The notes beneath the pieces were generated by a model. It saw only the letters and a program-made list of their open reading frames with translations, ran no database searches and had not been told where the DNA came from. Of a stretch of DNA of 64,000 nt, positions 59,101 through 64,000 are shown piece by piece. Origin of the DNA: Marsupella aquatica. Its lineage: Eukaryota > Plantae > Marchantiophyta. The stretch's first letter is position 1; each line of letters starts with the position of its first letter. The stretch lies in contig OZ316894.1 in the NCBI GenBank assembly GCA_973895155.1, forward strand, positions 1,504,457 through 1,568,456, read 5' to 3'. The translations under genes and the position numbers were made by a program.

Positions 59101-62057
59101 TCTGCTGCTCTCGGGGTAAGAAATGCGATGAACCCGTCAAGAACCAGGTCAATCTGGAAATAATGTCTCGCAAACGAATAGGTCCATATGGGCCGTGGTT
59201 CAAGGTTACTTCATGTTGCTTTAGGAAGAAGAACTTACAGTCTCGCGTCTGTCATATACATTGTGAGGTCATCCGGCTCCTGGTCTTCAGATTCAAGTAC
59301 GACTGCCTTCAACTTCGATCTCAGAATCTCAATAGCATTCAACAGCACTTGCGTTGCAGTGATCACCCCAGTGGATTCCACTGTGAAAATTACAATGTCG
59401 TCCCGACGAATTATTTCGACCAAACCTGGCTTGCCCATGGATTCCGCTTTCTTCACGACCTGGTCATCATAGTTATAGAGATCCGGATCCACCACTTTCA
59501 CCTGCAATTTGGTCAGCAAGGGTTTAGAAATCATTTTTTTCTGGCTCTCGCTGTCCTTACTTTTGTGTGTTTCTTTTTGCGCTTATTTAAATATTTCAGC
59601 TTTTCGTTGGCTTTCATTGAACTAGACTAGGCCCACATTTCTGGAGAGAGCCATTTAGCACATGCAGAATAAAATTTCCCGATTGGGTATTTGCTGTTCG
59701 CAGAAACTTAACAGTGGTTGAGCATGGGAACAATACCTCTTCCGTATGTGGATCAATAGCGAACACTTTGGTTGGACAACTGTCAATCAGCTCCTTCTTT
59801 TGTGCTAGTGTTAGCGTGTTCATGAGGCCCTCGTTGATATAAATTTCAGGTTTATAACGCATCGAGACGGTAGCTGAAGGAGACCACTTGGCGTGATCTT
59901 TTCCAATTCCTTTCCTAGCAATCGCCCGAAGCTTGAGCTCTTGGCCAGGCTTAAGCTTTGCAATCAAAATTCCTCTGCACACACATGTTTCGGTAAACAA
60001 TCTCACAACTGCAAGGAAGGAGTGCAAAAGCTCATAGGCACTTCATAACATGATTACAACGACCCAATGAGTAGAAAAAAAATGGGGCACAGAGAAACGT
60101 AAGCAAAAGCTCATAGAAGGGAATGGATAGGGCAGCTTAGAAGACCAAGCATTGGTAGAATTTGGCCGGTCCTTGAACCATGGTGAAAAACTAGACATTT
60201 GCGAATACACATATCTGCATACCTTGACGCAGATGGGTTTGCTAGACTAGAAGAACATCATTTCGTACAATGAAGTATGATACCCATGTTAAGCAAGCAA
60301 AGAAAGATAACTTGTACAAACACGTGATGAAACTGAAAGAAAGGCCTTCATATGGACTCTCATGAAATGGATTTGCTTTACTACAGGAAGCAGCATCCAA
60401 CACAAATGCGGTGCGCTACCCAAATAAAGAAATCAAAGAAAGATTGACCGAACCAATGTGAAGGACTCGGAAGAAAGGCCCAGGATGAACAAATCAGAGA
60501 CCAGAGAACATGACTGCAGGTTAGAACACTCAGGGAGAGAGGAAACTTCAAAAGTTAGCTTGCTTCCCATCGCCATCAAACTCCTACTTAGAGAGGAGAG
60601 AGAGAGCTCACCCTTCCTTTTCTTTCGTTTCCTTGTCAGCTTTCATACCATGCTCAAGTTCTGTGCCGTCTTCTTTATCTTCATCCATGCCGTTTTCTTC
60701 TTCGTTTTGTGTTACTTCATGTCCTGCGACATGCTCAATTTCTGTGACGTCTTCTTTATCTTCATCCATGCCGTTTTCTTCATCATTTTGTGTTACTTCA
60801 TATCCTGCGACATGCTCAACTTCTGTGCCGTCTTCTTTATCTTCATCCATGCCGTCTTCTTCTTTGTTTTGTGTCACTTCATCTCCTGCGACATGCCCAA
60901 CTTCTGTGCCATTTTCTGTATCCACGTCGTTTTCTTCTTTATTTTGTGTCACTTCATCGCCTGAGACATGCTCAACTTCTGTGCCGTCTTCTTTATCTTC
61001 ATCCACGCCGTTTTCTTCGTTATTTTGTGTTTCTTCATATCCTGCGACATTCTCCTTCCAGTGTTTTGGAAACGGAGGAAGAACAGGCCCAACGTCTCCA
61101 TCCGACGACTGAAGGTGGTTGGTCGTCACACAGACAATCCCGTCGCCCTCGTTTTTCACATCTAAGGTGAAGACCACGCAACAGCTCGGGCAGCTGCAAA
61201 GGCAGCCAAAAATACAAAGTCACCCATATGTATTAGTTACAACGAGAACTGCTCAAATTTTCTCAACTTCGCAATTCTTGATAAGTTACACCACCTTCGC
61301 ACGTTTTTTAGCACTGCAATGAATCGCATTGAAAAACGAGTTCTCCGCTGATGGCAACAATCTTTGATAGGCGACCAAGCTTTGAGAGGAACTTGTTTTC
61401 TCTGGTCATGTGAACCCTAACGCTCGCTTGTCTTCGTGGAAATCCCGTTCAGTTCATTCATTCTCTAAACCCAGTCCTGGCGGTCTAGGCGTCAACATTA
61501 TCTCAATATTCTTGTTTCCGTGGAATAAGAAACCTGCCTATATATTGGTGGGCTATTCCCCATTCCCGAAGAACCCAGAAATTGATATGCTATTCACATT
61601 TGACAAAGAATGCCTTGAGTTAAAGAAAGCTTCTAGTGATAGGATGTTGCAAAGGAAAAGAAAATCACCTGCCATCTCCATCACAGGAGCATTCCCTCGG
61701 GAGTGGCATGTCCATAGCCTTCTGACTGGCGATGGGAATTTGCCCCAGGCGGTGGGCAATAAACTCATCATCCAGTACCGAGTCGTTGCACTCAATCTGC
61801 ACCAAGTCAATGGCAAGAGTGGGTACCTCCACCAGCATGACCCTCCGGAGGGCGTTGGCGAAGCTTGGGTGGGTGTCACGCAGCTCAAATTTCAGCAAAT
61901 CGTACTTCAATTCTCTAATGGTTAACGATGGCTCCCGGGCATATGAATGCTCGTCTTGCTCCGCCTCAGGCTCGGCCTCAATCCCTTCGTCCATGGTGGC
62001 AGCTGCATTTGCTTCACCGTCTTCAACACCCCATCCATCGTTTGTGGACTGTTCCAT
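50157..62057 (-). CDS. RPB3: Predicted 28-exon gene: divergent RNA polymerase II/IV/V subunit 3 (RPB3-like) fused to 11 nucleolin-type RRM domains (~1687 aa)
   Basis: RPB3 exons 62057-61669, 61193-60612, 59974-59737, 59501-59239 ([74 protein letters not shown]). RRM exons 59019-58920, 58759-58668, 58278-58089, 57944-57853, 57675-57432, 57256-57165, 56754-56529, 56372-56281, 55825-55528, 55373-55282, 55046-54848, 54629-54541, 54243-53934, 53766-53675, 53453-53264, 53029-52938, 52634-52397, 52169-52081, 51900-51705, 51533-51442, 51278-51098, 50931-50840, 50514-50366. Last exon 50221-50157 (...GGSFEWD*). All introns are GT-AG with consistent phases; total 5064 nt. Confidence 0.82.
60645..61050 (-). 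repeat. Coding tandem repeat, 81 bp (27 aa) x ~5, highly acidic, inside RPB3 exon 2
   Basis: HVAG(Y/D/H)EVTQN(E/K/D)[16 protein letters not shown] units; one unit is 25 aa. Confidence 0.9.
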
Positions 62058-64000
62058 GGTTTCGTCTCCTTCCCCCCACCCCACGGTCACACTGCCCTTT
62101 GCTCCTCACCTTTTAGGACTCGAACGAGAGCTTCTAGTGACCTCCGGCCAGAGGAGGAAGTGGATTCAACAGGCCTATTGCGACATTAGTCTGAGACTGC
62201 GAGCACCCACCTCTCCGGTCTCTGCTTTGCTTTCTACACCCTGTGCTCTCCTCCTCCGCCTCTGCATCTGTGATTCTCCACCGTCTGGAAGGACAAACGA
62301 GTTATTGCACGGAAAACAAGAGATCACAACTGCAAACCCGGATGCAAGAAATGCCAACAACACAACAAGACCCTCAGTAAAAAAGAACGCAGAACACTGA
62401 GACACACAGAGTGGAAAATTCATAAAAATACAGAGGAGGAATTACAAAAAGATCCCACGAAGAACGAATGGAAAGAGAGAGACTTCAGGACGTTTCGGAG
62501 AAAAGGAACCCAAGATACTCTTGACCGCCCAATGAGCTTGATGCCACAGCCAAGAGAAGCTGCCTATACACAAGACTTTCTATCAGCAATTCATTAGACG
62601 TGCACTTGATGAACAGAATCAAGAAATGCTTTCGGTGGGTTCTTCTGGGTTATATCAAGGACATTTAATTCAAATTTGCATTCTGTGAAAGAGAGACAGG
62701 TCCTTCGCCCCCACACCTCCGCCCGCTGAATTGCCCGTGCACATTGCCTAGGATTAAAGGTTATGCAGCAGTCAATGAAATCTTGGCATGGCTGATTATT
62801 GCCATTACTTTCCATGCTAGCAAAGCATTGAATAGCTCGCAGCTTATTCCACTGCCTCTTCCTACAGCTGCCTCTGTCCATGACGCCAACTTGTCACTAG
62901 CTTCATTCGAACATGTCATAGTCTCTGGTGCACCTTAAAGTGTTCACGCAGCAAATCGTCTTTCTCTGTTTCTTGGCTTCGTTTGATACCTATTGGCCTT
63001 CTTATCCTCGCCCGAATCCCACAAATGCGTGTACTTTCAATTGAATCCGAGACTCAACTTTGCCACTGCTGTCGGATGAGTTATCTATCCAAAGATCCCA
63101 GCCAATTGGCTTTGAAAGCGAATCAAGGAATCCATCTGAATTACAATAGCAGCCAAAGCGAACTCGTCTCTGGAACTCTGCGCCTCTTTCCTCTATGCAA
63201 GCTAAACTGAGCTGCAAAACCATGAAAACCACATTCATTCCTTTCCCAGCTTGAATGTGAGTTGGGCAGCGCAGAAATTCACTCACCAACGAATGTCGAA
63301 CGGCTCTCCTTTCATCATGTATCTCATCGCCATGAGGCTGTTTCTTTCCAGTTGTTCACAGCACTCTCAGTTTGCTTCAGAATACCCAGAATGGAAACGG
63401 AAACCACTGACTATGGAATCAATGCAATCCAAACTCGCGCTCTCTTGTAACGGAACCCAAAGAATGAAAACGGAAGCCACTGATGATCGAATCAATGCAA
63501 TCCAAACTCAGTGTCTTGTAACAGAACTCAAAACCAACGCACTCTGGGAATTCCGAGAAGAGTCGAGTAACAACACCTCACTAAGCAACGTTCTTCGACT
63601 GGCATTGAGTGCTACAGACTCTCTACTATATGAACTGAATGCTGATTCCTACTCCCAATGGTGGCATGCCGAGAAGGAAGGGCAGAATGGCGGCTGCAAA
63701 GTTCAGAATAGTGATTACAGTTTGGATTGAGACTTGATGAGAGATGGAAGGGAGTTAGGATCGGGACTTGATGATGAATGATGAGAGATGGAAAGGGAAT
63801 TACCCCGCCGAATTTGGGTACCGTACTCGCAGTCTGGGTCGTTAAAATGTCCTCTCATCATAAAGAGAGGAAGTGAAGAACTTATTATTGCGGTACTGTA
63901 CTTCACATTCAGTTCTTCCTCTCATGAAGTCGTGATGACTGATGAGAGCTCCACCGTATTTGACATCCTCTGTGAGTGTAGCACATTCTACCTTCAACTC

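Noticed and set aside
60458-61170. Hydrophobic or Ser-rich repeat ORFs on the plus strand
   Set aside because: Antisense frames of the acidic repeat in RPB3 exon 2.
63251-64000. ORF 63251..63730 (+) and an open minus-strand frame at the window end
   Set aside because: No recognisable domain or supportable splice structure; may belong to a neighbouring gene outside the window.

Overview
The window is chimeric. Bases 1-~3755 are intact, very GC-rich alphaproteobacterial (Acetobacteraceae-like) DNA carrying coxA/ctaD, coxB/ctaC, gcrA, an acetamidase and a 5'-truncated MAPEG gene. This joins abruptly to AT-richer plant-type genomic DNA with GT-AG introns and CCCTAAA telomere repeats (a bryophyte host is plausible but only inferred). 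The plant part holds an atypical IBH1/AIF-like bHLH gene, several tandem duplications, and two unusual systems. (1) A young, intact ~9.9 kb Ty3/gypsy-type retrotransposon (25091-35031). Its single polyprotein carries a C5 cytosine DNA methyltransferase between protease and RT, plus a C-terminal PHD finger. It has a DDE integrase, TGTC...GACA ends and a 4-bp TSD, yet its repeats are split (sense order B-internal-A-B-A). The PPT, a self-priming PBS and an internal CA-nn-TG junction together suggest integration of a 2-LTR circle cut at an att site inside the LTR. (2) A predicted 28-exon gene (62057-50157, minus strand) in which a divergent RNA polymerase subunit RPB3 with an acidic repeat insert is spliced in frame to 11 nucleolin-type RRM domains with Gly-rich, WG/GW-containing linkers. 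All calls were made by eye; no database searches were run.
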